Part shown: piece by piece, positions 51,313 through 63,000 of the stretch
How the letters are laid out: every line of letters begins with the position of its first letter
Position numbering within the stretch: the stretch's first letter is position 1
Source of the DNA: an uncultured Veillonellaceae bacterium
GTDB taxonomy: Bacteria; Bacillota; Negativicutes; JARBTT01
NCBI GenBank assembly: GCA_963805085.1
Contig: CAWDTA010000002.1
Span: forward strand, 1,056,001 to 1,120,000
DNA length: 64,000 nt
Direction of reading: 5' to 3'
Translations under genes and position numbers: made by a program
Notes under the pieces: model-generated
The model's database searches: none
What the model saw: the letters and a program-made list of their open reading frames with translations, nothing else
What the model was told of the DNA's origin: nothing

Positions 51313-53646
51313 ATGGTTACATACGTTTTTCCGGGACAAGGATCTCAAACGAAAGGAATGGGTAATGGCTTATTTGATGAATTTGAAGAACTCACATTAC
51401 AGGCAGATGGTGTTTTGGGATATTCGATTAAGGAACTTTGCTTGGAAGACCCGAATCAAACAATTGGGATGACTCAGTATACTCAACCGGCTTTGTATGT
51501 TGTAAATGCATTGAGTTATTTACAAAAAGTGAATAATACCGGGGAAAAACCAGATTTCGTTGCTGGACATAGTTTAGGAGAGTATAATGCATTATTTGCG
51601 GCAGGCGCATTTGATTTTGCTACAGGATTAAAATTAGTACAAAAACGAGGAGAATTGATGAGCCATGCGATTGGCGGTGGAATGGCTGCCGTCATTGGAT
51701 TAACAGCAGAGCAAGTGGCTGATGCTCTGATAAGTAATGGCTTGGGAAATATAGATATCGCAAACTATAATTCTCCCACACAAATTGTTATTTCAGGCAA
51801 AAGAACCGATATTGAAAATGCACAGCCTATATTTGAAAGAGTTAAAGGCGTGAAAATGTATGTTATTCTAAAAACTAGTGGGGCATTTCATTCACGATAT
51901 ATGGAACAATCAAGAAAAGAATTCGAAGGTTTCATAAGTAACTTCCAATTCTCCGAATTAATGATTCCTGTAATCTCGAATTTTACCGCAAGGCCATATA
52001 AACAATCAGAAATTAGACAGAATTTAATTCAGCAAATCACCCATCCAGTTAAGTGGACAGAAAGCATTAGATATTTAATGGGATTAGGAGAAATGGATTT
52101 TGAGGAAATAGGTCCGGGAAAAGTTTTAAGTGGATTGGCTCGACGCATAGAAAATGAAGCAGAGCCTTTAATCGTTAGTCAAGATGAGCAGAGTATAGAT
52201 ACTCTAGTAAAAACCGCAGAAGAACATAACGTAGTACCTATTAAAAGTCATAAAACTGTAGCAAAAGAAGCGATTAGGGCAGAACAAAAGCTGATGTTAT
52301 CAGCTTCTTCATTAGGGAGTTTAGAGTTTAAAAAGGATTATGGCCTTAAATACGCTTATCTAACAGGTGGAATGTATCGAGGGGTTGCCTCGATAGACAT
52401 GGTAGTTAAAATGGGAAAGGCTGGTATGATGGGGTATCTTGGAACAGGTGGTTTACAGTTACCTGAAATTGAACAAGCAATTGAAAGCATTCAGCAGGGA
52501 CTATCCGCGGGTGAATCATATGGCATAAATTTATTACATAATCCGAATAATCCCGAAAAAGAAGAGCAAACTGTTGATATTTTTCTGAAACGTGGAGTTA
52601 AAAAAATTGAAGCTGCAGCCTTTTTGAATGTGACTCCAGCATTAGTTAAATATCGTGCCAAAGGCTTAAAATGCAATTTACAGGGAGAAATTTTAGTGCC
52701 CCAAAAAGTTATGGTCAAGGTCTCTCGTCCGGAAGTGGCGGCAGAATTCTTAACTCCGGCGCCGGAACGGATTGTGTCGAAATTGCTTGAGGACAATAAA
52801 ATTACAAAAGAAGAAGCAGAACTGTTAAAGAAAATTCCTATGGCCGATTATATTTGCGTTGAAGCTGATTCAGGCGGTCATACTGATGGCGGAGTGGCTT
52901 ATACATTAATGCCGGCTATGATTAAATTGCGCGATGAAATGATGAAAAAACATCAATACATTAAGAAAGTTGGAATTGGATCTGCAGGTGGGATTGGGAC
53001 ACCTGCAGCTGCAGCTGCAGCATTTATCTTAGGTGCAGATTTTATTCTGACAGGTTCAATTAACCAATGTACGGTAGAAGCGGCTACCAGCGATAATGTT
53101 AAGAATCTATTGCAACAAATGAATGTTCAAGACACTGAATATGTGCCTGCTGGAGATATGTTTGAAATCGGCGCTAAAGTGCAAGTGCTGAAAAAAGGAT
53201 TATTCTTTCCAGGGAGAGCAAATAAATTATATGAATTGTATCGGAAATATAATTCTCTAGATGAAATAGATGAGAAAACTAAGAAACAAATTCAGGAAAA
53301 ATATTTCAATAGAAGTTTTAAAGAAGTATATGAGGATGTTAAAAAGTATTATCCTCCTCAAGAAATCGAAAAGGCGGAGCGTAACCCAAAACATAAAATG
53401 GCGCTGATTTTTAGATGGTATTTTGGCTATAGTAGTCAACTTGCGTTAAAAGGAGATGAAAAAGGTAAAGTCGATTATCAAATTCACTGCGGGCCGGCAT
53501 TAGGCGCATTTAATCAATGGATTAAGGAAACACCTTTGGAAAATTGGCAGAATAGGCATGTTGATGGAATTGCGGAAAAAATAATGGCGGAAGCAGCAGT
53601 TTTATTAAATCAACGTTATAATACGTTGATGAAGAATTGTATTTAA
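51313..53646 (+). CDS. pksE: Trans-acting malonyl-CoA:ACP acyltransferase fused to a PfaD-type flavin enoyl reductase (PksE/BaeE-like AT-ER)
   Basis: [21 protein letters not shown] (malonyl-binding Arg) and GAFHS. ER part: [46 protein letters not shown] 51313 follows AAGGGGA; ATG 51292 is an alternative. Confidence 0.93.
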   Translation: MVTYVFPGQGSQTKGMGNGLFDEFEELTLQADGVLGYSIKELCLEDPNQTIGMTQYTQPALYVVNALSYLQKVNNTGEKPDFVAGHSLGEYNALFAAGAFDFATGLKLVQKRGELMSHAIGGGMAAVIGLTAEQVADALISNGLGNIDIANYNSPTQIVISGKRTDIENAQPIFERVKGVKMYVILKTSGAFHSRYMEQSRKEFEGFISNFQFSELMIPVISNFTARPYKQSEIRQNLIQQITHPVKWTESIRYLMGLGEMDFEEIGPGKVLSGLARRIENEAEPLIVSQDEQSIDTLVKTAEEHNVVPIKSHKTVAKEAIRAEQKLMLSASSLGSLEFKKDYGLKYAYLTGGMYRGVASIDMVVKMGKAGMMGYLGTGGLQLPEIEQAIESIQQGLSAGESYGINLLHNPNNPEKEEQTVDIFLKRGVKKIEAAAFLNVTPALVKYRAKGLKCNLQGEILVPQKVMVKVSRPEVAAEFLTPAPERIVSKLLEDNKITKEEAELLKKIPMADYICVEADSGGHTDGGVAYTLMPAMIKLRDEMMKKHQYIKKVGIGSAGGIGTPAAAAAAFILGADFILTGSINQCTVEAATSDNVKNLLQQMNVQDTEYVPAGDMFEIGAKVQVLKKGLFFPGRANKLYELYRKYNSLDEIDEKTKKQIQEKYFNRSFKEVYEDVKKYYPPQEIEKAERNPKHKMALIFRWYFGYSSQLALKGDEKGKVDYQIHCGPALGAFNQWIKETPLENWQNRHVDGIAEKIMAEAAVLLNQRYNTLMKNCI

Positions 53647-53668
53647 ATTCGGGTTCTTCACACTAGAC

Positions 53669-53736
53669 ATACAGAACCCTCCGAATAAACAAGTTGTACT
53701 TTAATTATACTTCCTGCTACTAGGAGGGTTCTGTAT
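53669..53736. repeat. Perfect 14-bp inverted repeat with a 40-nt spacer after AT-ER
   Basis: ATACAGAACCCTCC (53669-53682) / GGAGGGTTCTGTAT (53723-53736). Confidence 0.75.
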
Positions 53737-53834
53737 ATATAATAGTTAAAAAATTCTACAATTAATGACAAAAAACATAAATGTATTCATTAGAAAAATT
53801 AATTTAAAATTCAAGTTTATGGTAGTACTTTAAA

Positions 53835-53915
53835 CGAGAAATAGCCCCTCAAATCAGTAGATCCTTTGGCCGGGAGTCTGATTTGAGGGTTACTTTAGCA
53901 TATTACTTATATGCC
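53835..53915 (-). ncRNA. Candidate antisense small RNA (about 80 nt) with its own promoter and terminator hairpin
   Basis: Minus-strand promoter at 53951-53922, then a small hairpin (53898-53914), a perfect 12-bp stem CCCTCAAATCAG/CTGATTTGAGGG (53846-53889), then a U-rich tail (UAUUUCUCGUUU). Confidence 0.4.
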
Positions 53916-53921
53916 TTATTT

Positions 53922-53951
53922 ATTATAACATAGCGCCAATATTGCTGTAAA
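53922..53951 (-). promoter_or_regulatory. Sigma-A-like promoter on the minus strand
   Basis: TTTACA-18 bp-TATAAT with extended -10 (TGtTATAAT). Confidence 0.5.
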
Positions 53952-54056
53952 TAATTTACGCAAATATTCCATATATTTCTATAGTGGGATAGATGGCGAA
54001 TTTTATTGATTAAATTTGAGTTAATAAAGTTGTATTAGTAGGAAGGAGATTTTACG

Positions 54057-57000
54057 GTGAAGATAGACATTGCAACGAATTCGAGGGAGATAGCCATAGT
54101 GGGGATGGCCTGTAGATTTCCAGGTGCTCCTGATTATGAAACTTTTTGGGATAATTTATCAAAAGGAATTAGTTCTATTCGCGAAATTGATCGTTGGAAT
54201 TTTAATGAACACTATTCTCCTAACGGGAAGGATAATAAATCAATAGGCAAGTGGTGTGGACTACTTGATGATATCGATAAGTTTGATAACAATTTTTTTC
54301 ACATTTCCCCTCGTGAGGCCATCCATATGGATCCGCAGCAGAGAATTTTATTGGAAGAAGCTTGGCATTGCATTGAAGACTCAGGGATATCTTTAAAGGA
54401 ATTGCAACAAAAGCGGACTTCTATTTATGTTGGTACTGTGGCGATGGATTTATATCAAGGGTCACCTGATGAAAAGGATCTAGATATGTATTCAGGAACT
54501 GGAATGTATCGATTTATGTTAGCGAATCGACTATCTTATTTTTTAGGGTTAAGTGGTGAGAGTATTGTTCTTGAAGCGGCATGTGCTTCTACATCAGTAG
54601 CAATTTGTAATGCTAAGAAAGCATTACAAACAGGTGATTGTGATTATGCACTTGTTGCAGGTGCTAATTTACATACGTCGCCATTAAGACATCAAATATA
54701 CTTAAAAAATCGTATGTTAAGTAAAGATGGAAAATCTAAAACTTTTGATAAAGATGCTGATGGTTTTATAGCAGGAGAAGGGGTCGGATTTTTATTATTG
54801 CAATCCTTAGATAAAGCTGTCCAACAGCAAAGTCATATTTTTGGAGTGATTAAGGGATGTGCAGTTAATCATGGGGGGAAAGCTGTTTCTTTATCGGCGC
54901 CGCGTGTGGAGGCACAACGGGATGTTATTCTAGCTGCATATGAAGATGCTGAGATTAATGCTGAAACAGTTAATTATATCGAAGCACATGGTACTGGAAC
55001 ATCATTAGGGGATCCTATTGAAGTAGAAGCTTTAACACAGGCTTTTCAAAAGTTTACATCGGAAAAGCAGTTCTGCAAAATAGGTTCAGTAAAAACAAAC
55101 ATTGGTCACTTAGAAGCAACAGCGGGAATGGCTGGTGTTATTAAGGTATTATTGATGATGCGTCATAAAAAAATACCACCTACTTTGAATATAAAAACAG
55201 TAAATCCAATTATTGATTTTAAAAATTCCCCTTTTTCTATAGCAAATGAATTGACTGAATGGAGCAGCCGAGATGGATTACCATTACGAGCAGGCGTGAG
55301 TTCTTTTGGATTAGGTGGTGTTAACAGTCATATCCTACTTGAAGAATATCCAGATAAAAATACAGTTGTTGATGCTGCCATTGTAACGAAGTATCCGTTT
55401 GTACTTTCAGCTAAAAACGAGAAAAGCTTAGAGGGTATGTTAAATAAATGGCGATCCTTTGTAAAAAGTGATGCATTTACTCAATATGGGCTTCGTGATA
55501 TTTGCCTGACTCTATTAACAGGACGGGAGAATTTACCTGTTCGTTATGGTAGCCTGATTTTAAATAAAATTGAATTAGTAGAGTTACTTGATAAAACGAC
55601 ATCTGCATTTTTAAATAAGGTAGATGAATCGTGGGGACTATGCGTTGGAGATTTTGTATGGAACAGCTACGCAGAGTTGGAACCTATAATTGAAGAATTC
55701 CCTATATTTAAGGGGAATTTAGATAAAGTGCTGGAATCTATAGAAGAATATGATAAAGGCAGGAAGATTAAAAAAGGATTTTTAGCTACAACGTGGCCTA
55801 AATCCAAAATAAACCTGTATTCTTTTATTGCAAATTATACTTGTATATCTACTCTGGTCGATTTGGGACTCTCGTTAAGCTTAATTACTGGAGTAAAAAG
55901 CGGGTTATGGGTTAGTTTAGTTGTGAGTGGTGCGACAAGTTTAGGAGAAGTTATAAAGGTTTTATGTGGTGAAAAAGCGGTAGACAAAATTGAGGTTGCT
56001 CGTCCACTGATCTCTTTTTATGATCCAATAAACAAAACAGTAATTAAACCCTACGCTTTTGAAGAAGAATATGTACAGGACTTAATCAGTGAATTAGAAA
56101 TATCTGATAACGTTATTGAGCATTATTGGGAAAAGGCGCACTTATTATCTGAAAATCAATTTACTTTCATTCACTTTTTAGACGAATGGGATAGTAATTT
56201 AAAAGAGGTTGGATTAGATATTAAAGCACTACTTGCCGATAAAAATGTTTTAAGGTTGAAAGACGAAAAAAACTATAAAAAAACCTTATTACTTATGGTT
56301 GTTATATTGAGTTGTTTGTATAGACTTAATCTAAAATGGAAATTATCTGAACACAAATTAATAAAAGATGAACGGTTTTATGAGCTACTTGATCTAGTGC
56401 TGGATGATGTAATACCAAAAGATATATTAATTGCTTTATTGACAAGTGAAAAACCGGATTTGACAATTGTTATCGATACATTGAAAGAACGGCAGAGCAA
56501 AATCAATATATGTAAATCGTATAAATGCTTAAAACAACGCAGCCGAAAAGTAACTGACATAGCAAATATTGGTCAGTGGGCTAAACAGATGCTGATACAG
56601 GAAGATTTAGTATCTTTACCTGCTATGGAGTATATAGATTTTGGTAAAATAGCTAATAGAAATCCAGCGAAGAAAACAATTATTTTTAACAAAAAAGAAG
56701 ATATTCTGGTCGCAATTCATGAGGTGCTAAATAGTTTATGGATCCGGGGCGTAAATGTCCAATGGGATAAAATGTACACTGAAAATTCTTTTCAGAAAAA
56801 ATCTTTACCTGTTTATGTCTTTGATCGAACATCATTTTGGTTACAGGATAATAGAGCGAAACAAGCTACGGATTTTAATGAGGTAGTAGAAAAAAATGCT
56901 ACAGTAGATAATTTTCTTCATCCCCTTGTTCATAAAAATACATCTAGCTTTTTCGAAGAGCGGTTTAGTTCGAAATTTACTGGACAAGAATTTTTCCTGA

Positions 57001-60000
57001 AAGATCACGTAATAAAAGATCAAAAAATCTTACCAGGAGTGGCCTATCTGGAAATGGCTCGGGAAGCCGTAGAACAGGCATTAGGAGGAGTAGAGGAAGA
57101 AAAAACAAAAATCTGTCTTAAAAATATAGTATGGATTCGTCCTATGTCGGTAAACGATCAGCCGCTACAAGTGCATATTGGACTTGTAACAGAGGATAGT
57201 GGTGAAATTACTTACGAAATATACAGCCAAAGTAAAGATAATGATGTTTTGTATAGCCAAGGCATTGCAGTGTTGGAACCGTGCAGTGAAATATCTAGTT
57301 TGAATCTTAAACAATTACAAGAGGATTGTAGCCAGAAAAAATTGCAGTCAGTTCAGTGCTATGAGATGTTTAAAACAATGGGATTTAGTTATGGACCGGG
57401 ATATCAGGGCATTAAAGAAATATACGTGGGCACAAATAAACTATTGGCCAGACTATCTTTGCCAGAGGTTGTTGCTGATACAGAAAAACAATATGTTTTG
57501 CATCCAAGTGTGATGGATGCTGCTTTACAAGCTTCAATTTGCTTGACCGTAGATGATAACACAAACCGGAGAAAAGTGGGGAAAATTAAACCATTATTGC
57601 CTTTCGCATTACAGAATTTAAAAATATTTGATAATTGTACTGCTTGTATGTGGGCATCTGTACGCTATAGTGCGGATAGCAAAGCTGGGGATACGGTTCA
57701 AAAATTTGATATTGATCTATGCGATGACAATGGAAAAGTATGCGTGCAAATGCGAGGATTTTCCACGAGAACACCACAGGGTGAAATAAGAGCGTCTTCT
57801 ACGCAACGAAACGGTGTTTTAATGTTACATCCTCAGTGGCGTGAAGAAGCGGTTCAACAAGAATGTATATTGCCAAGTTATGTTCAGCACTTGGTAATAG
57901 TGTGTGAAGCCGGTAAAATAAGCGCGGAAAGTATCAAAAACCAAATGCAGAATGTTAAGTGTATAACCTTAGAAGCAAAAGAAGAAGATATCGCAGAGCG
58001 TTTCTCAAACTATGCAATACGAGTTTTTGAAGAAATACAAACCATCATCAAAGGAAATCCAAAAGGAGAAGCATTAATACAAATTGTCATTTCACAAGAA
58101 AAGGAAGGGCAGCTTTATTCTGGGTTATCCGGGCTCTTAAAAACTGCACACTTAGAATATCCAAAACTGATAGGGCAAATCATTGAAATTGACAAAAATG
58201 ATGATTCCGAAAAACTTATAGAGCAAATAAAAGTAAATAGATGTTGTCCTCAAGAGACTCAGATCCGCTATCAAGGTGGGAAACGACTGGTTGCCGGATG
58301 GAAGGATGTAGAAGCTTTCCAGGACAAACTGGACATTCCATGGATAAACCAGGGTGTTTATTTAATCACCGGTGGTAGTGGAGGGTTAGGTCTGATTTTT
58401 GCCAAAGAAATAGCAGATACCGTTAAAGGTGCAACTTTAATTTTAACCGGACGGTCAGAACTGGATACAAACAAGAAAGTACAATTAAAAGAAATAGAAC
58501 AAAAAGGGATTCAGATTGCTTATAAACAAGTTGACGTCACACGGAAACAAGATATAGAAAAATTAATCCAAAATGTTCTAGAGCAGTACGGCAAAATTGA
58601 CGGTATTATCCATGCAGCGGGAATGCTTCGGGATAACTATATCATTAAGAAGACGAAAGCTGAGTTTCAGGAAGTGTTAGCCCCTAAAGTTGCCGGATTG
58701 GTGAATTTAGATCAGGCGAGTAAGGACGTTTCACTTGACTTTTTCATCCTCTTTTCTTCTATAGCGGGAAGTCTGGGGAATTTAGGACAGGCAGATTATG
58801 CAACTGCCAATTCATTTATGGATGCATTTTCCAGATATCGTGGCGAACTTGTAGACTTACAGCTTAGAAGAGGCAAAACTTTATCCATTAATTGGCCATT
58901 ATGGAGAGATGGTGGAATGCATGTTGATGTACAAACTGAAAAGATGATGATGGAGAATCAGGGGATGGCGGTTATGCAAACCGCAAATGGGGTCAAAGCG
59001 TTATATCAAGGCATGAAACTGGAAAATACACAGATAATGGTTCTGGAGGGCTTGATTGATAGAATGAGACGTAAGGTGCTGAAACAAGTAGATGGGGCTA
59101 TGATTAACCCAATCAATAAATCAGCAGCGGTGATTGATGATGGCGCATTATTAGAAAAAGTACAAACGGAATTAATTCAAGCAGTTTCTAAACTTCTTGG
59201 GGTTGCAATTGAAGATATTGATACGGAGGTTGAGCTAAGTGAATATGGTTTTGATTCGATTACCTTTACTGAATTTACGAATCAACTAAACCAGGAATAT
59301 AAAATTGCGTTGACACCGACCATATTCTTTGAGCATCCAACGCTTAGTAGTTTTGCAGAGTTTTTGTTGGACGAATACCGAATGGTATTTGGTGCGCAAC
59401 AGTTGATAATGCCAATAGCGAGTCAGGTCAACACTTCATCCTATAAATCAGGAGCGGTGATTGATGATGGCGCATTATTAGAAAAAGTACAAACGGAATT
59501 AATTCAAGCAGTTTCTAAACTTCTTGGGGTTGCAATTGAAGATATTGATACGGAGGTTGAGCTAAGTGAATATGGTTTTGATTCGATTACCTTTACTGAA
59601 TTTACGAATCAACTAAACCAGGAATATAAAATTGCGTTGACACCGACCATATTCTTTGAGCATCCAACGCTTAGTAGTTTTGCAGAATATTTGCTGGACG
59701 AATACCGAATGGTATTTGGTGCGCAACAGTTGATAATGCCAATAGCGAGTCAGGTCAACACTTCATCCTATAAATCAGGAGCGGTGATTGATGATGGCGC
59801 ATTATTAGAAAAAGTACAAACGGAATTAATTCAAGCAGTTTCTAAACTTCTTGGGGTTGCAATTGAAGATATTGATACGGAGGTTGAGCTAAGTGAATAT
59901 GGTTTTGATTCGATTACCTTTACTGAATTTACGAATCAACTAAACCAGGAATATAAAATTGCGTTGACACCGACCATATTCTTTGAGCATCCAACGCTTA

Positions 60001-63000
60001 GTAGTTTTGCAGAATATTTGTTGGACGAATACCGAATGGTATTTGGTGCGCCGCAGTTGGTAATGCCAACAGAGAGTCAATCCAACATTACATCTTACAC
60101 TATACTAGCTGAAAGTGCGCGAAGAATTGAACAGCCACTTAATAATATAAGACGATCTCGCTTCTCAAGGGCAAGCGTGGTCTCGACGGGAAATGCTAGT
60201 ATCAATACAGATGAATCCATTGCAATTGTAGGAATGAGCGGTATATTCCCAATGGCCAAAGATGTGAATGAACTTTGGACAAACCTTGTGGAAGGGAAAG
60301 ATTGCATTACGGAGATTCCTAAGAGTCGTTGGGATTGGCGAGAGTATTATGGCGATCCTAAAAAAGAAGCCAATAAATCAAACGTCAAATGGGGTGGATT
60401 TATTGACGGTATAGATGAGTTTGATCCGTTGTTTTTTGGAATTTCGCCTAGAGAAGCCGAGCTAATGGATCCTCAACAGCGGTTACTAATGATTCATGCT
60501 TGGAAGGTTATTGAAGATGCTGGATATTCGGCGCAAAGCCTTTCAGAAAGTAAAACGGGTATGTTTGTAGGAACCATGAGTACTGGTTACAATCAATTGG
60601 TTGCCGAGGCAAAAGTAGCCGTCGAAGGGTATTCTTCTACGGGTATGGTTCCTTCGGTTGGGCCAAATCGAATGAGCTATTTTCTCAATATTCATGGTCC
60701 TAGCGAACCTGTTGAAACGGCTTGCTCCAGCGCATTAGTTGCAATTCATCGGGCAGTAAGCGCCATAGAAAATGGAAGCTGTGAGATGGCACTGGTTGGC
60801 GGTGTCAATACAATGGTGACACCAGATTTCCAAATCAGCTTCAACAAAGCAGGAATGTTATGCGAAGATGGACGATGCAAAACTTTTTCAAATAAAGCCA
60901 ACGGCTATGTACGAGGCGAAGGTGCTGGGATGATTTTTCTGAAAAAGCTTAAGGATGCAGAACAGGCAGGAGATCATATTTATGGAGTAATCCGCGGCAG
61001 TGCTGAAAATCACGGCGGTCGTGCAAATTCCTTGACGGCGCCTAATCCAAAGGCACAGGCAGAAGTGTTAGAAGCTGCTTACACTAAGGCAGGAATTGAT
61101 CCGAGAACCGTTACTTACATTGAGGCGCATGGAACTGGTACGGAACTGGGTGATCCGATTGAAATTAACGGGTTAAAGATGGCCTTTAAAGACCTTTACC
61201 AAGCCACAGGAGATTCACAGGTGGTAAGTAGTCATTGCGGAGTGGGATCGGTAAAAACCAATATTGGTCATTTGGAAATAGCTGCAGGAATTGCGGGTGT
61301 GATTAAAGTCTTATTACAGCTTAAACATAAAACGCTAGTTAAAAGCCTTCATTGCGATACGATTAATCCATATATTCAGCTTAAAGATAGTCCGTTCTAT
61401 ATAGTTCAGGAGACTAAGGAATGGAAAACCATACAGGATGAGAGAGGCAATGATCTTCCAAGGCGGGCTGGAGTAAGTTCGTTTGGATTTGGTGGTGCTA
61501 ATGCCCACGTAGTAATTGAGGAATATATTCCAAAGAATCAGGAACGACCTCAAGGTTCGATCACCCCTGATAACCCAGCGATTATTGTATTATCGGCGAA
61601 GAATGAAGAACAACTTAAAAAACAAGTGCAGCAGTTGTTGTCGGAAATTGGCAAGCAGAAATTCTCTGATGACAACTTAATGGATATAGCATATACGCTC
61701 CAAGTCGGACGTGAAGCAATGGAAGAACGTTTAGCTATGATTGTAGGATCAATCAAGGAACTTGAGAAAAATCTAAAGGGCTTTATAGAAGGTCAAAATG
61801 GTATTCCTAGGTTCTATCAGGGGCAGGTTAAACGCAATAAAAACACGGTAGCTGTTTTTTCAGCAGATGAAGATTTAAAGAAGGCGATAGATGCTTGGGT
61901 TATTAAAGGAAAATATGCAAAAATTTTAGACCTTTGGGTTAAGGGGCTGATTTTTGATTGGGAAAAATTTTATGGCGATAGTAAACCCCGGCGTATCAGT
62001 CTTCCAACATATCCATTTGCCGAGGAACATTATTGGGTACCTGAGCTTAAGAAGAAATTTGCCGATAACAGCGTAGTTGCAAACTCCGTCATTACTACTA
62101 ACATTCACCCCTTGCTCCAGCAAAACACTTCAGATTTTTCTGAGCAGCGATTCAGTTCCATATTTACTGGACAGGAATTTTTTCTGGCAGGTCATATCGT
62201 AAAGGGACAGCGGGTTTTACCCGGAGTAGCCTATCTTGAAATGGCACGAGCGGCAGTGCGGCAGGCAACAGGAGCTCTGAAAGATGGTAAGACCCAGCAG
62301 ATTCAATTAAAAAATATTGTCTGGTCCAGGCCTATTATTATAGGAAAACATCCGGCCCAAGTAAATATTGGGTTATATCCTGAAGATAATGGAGATATTG
62401 CTTATGAAATATATAGTGAATCTGAAGATAGCAATGCAGACCCTATAGTATATAGTCGGGGCAGTGCAGTGCTCAGTTCGGGTTTTGAAATTCCGGCTTT
62501 AGATCTTAAGGCGTTACAAACACAATGTAGTCAAAGCAGCCTTTCTTCCAGTGAATGCTACGAAATCTATAGTGAAATGGGAATTGACTACGGTCCAGGA
62601 CACCAGGGAATTGAGAAGGTGTACGTGGGCTTGGGCCAAGTGTTGGCGAAACTGTATTTACCTTCTGCTGTCTCCGATACTCAAGATCAATTCGTCCTGC
62701 ATCCTAGTTTGATGGATTCGGCCTTACAGGCATCAATTGGTTTAATGATGGGGTCTAGTGCCCCAAAATTATCCCTGCCTTTTGCGCTTCAGGAACTTAA
62801 AGTCTTTAGTAAATGCACCTGTGCCATGTGGGCTCTGATTCGCTACAGCAACGGAAGTAAAGCTGGGGACAGAGTACAGAAACTTGATATTGACTTGTGT
62901 GATGAAACAGGAAATGTTTGTGTGCAGATAAAGGGATTTTCATCAAGAGTTCTGGAGGGTGAATTGGGTACGATAGGCTCCTCGGAGGCAGTTGGAATGT

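Noticed and set aside
53916-53972. Minus-strand 18-aa hydrophobic ORF MEYLRKLFTAILALCYNK as a type I toxin
   Set aside because: It has no RBS and coincides with the promoter sequence itself (CYN = TGTTATAAT), lying upstream of the predicted transcript start.
59116-60080. Tandem repeat as a CRISPR array or as beta-branching ACPs
   Set aside because: The unit is 327 bp, in frame, without spacers, and no cas genes are present. The ACPs lack the Trp flag, and no HMG-synthase/ECH cassette is in the window.
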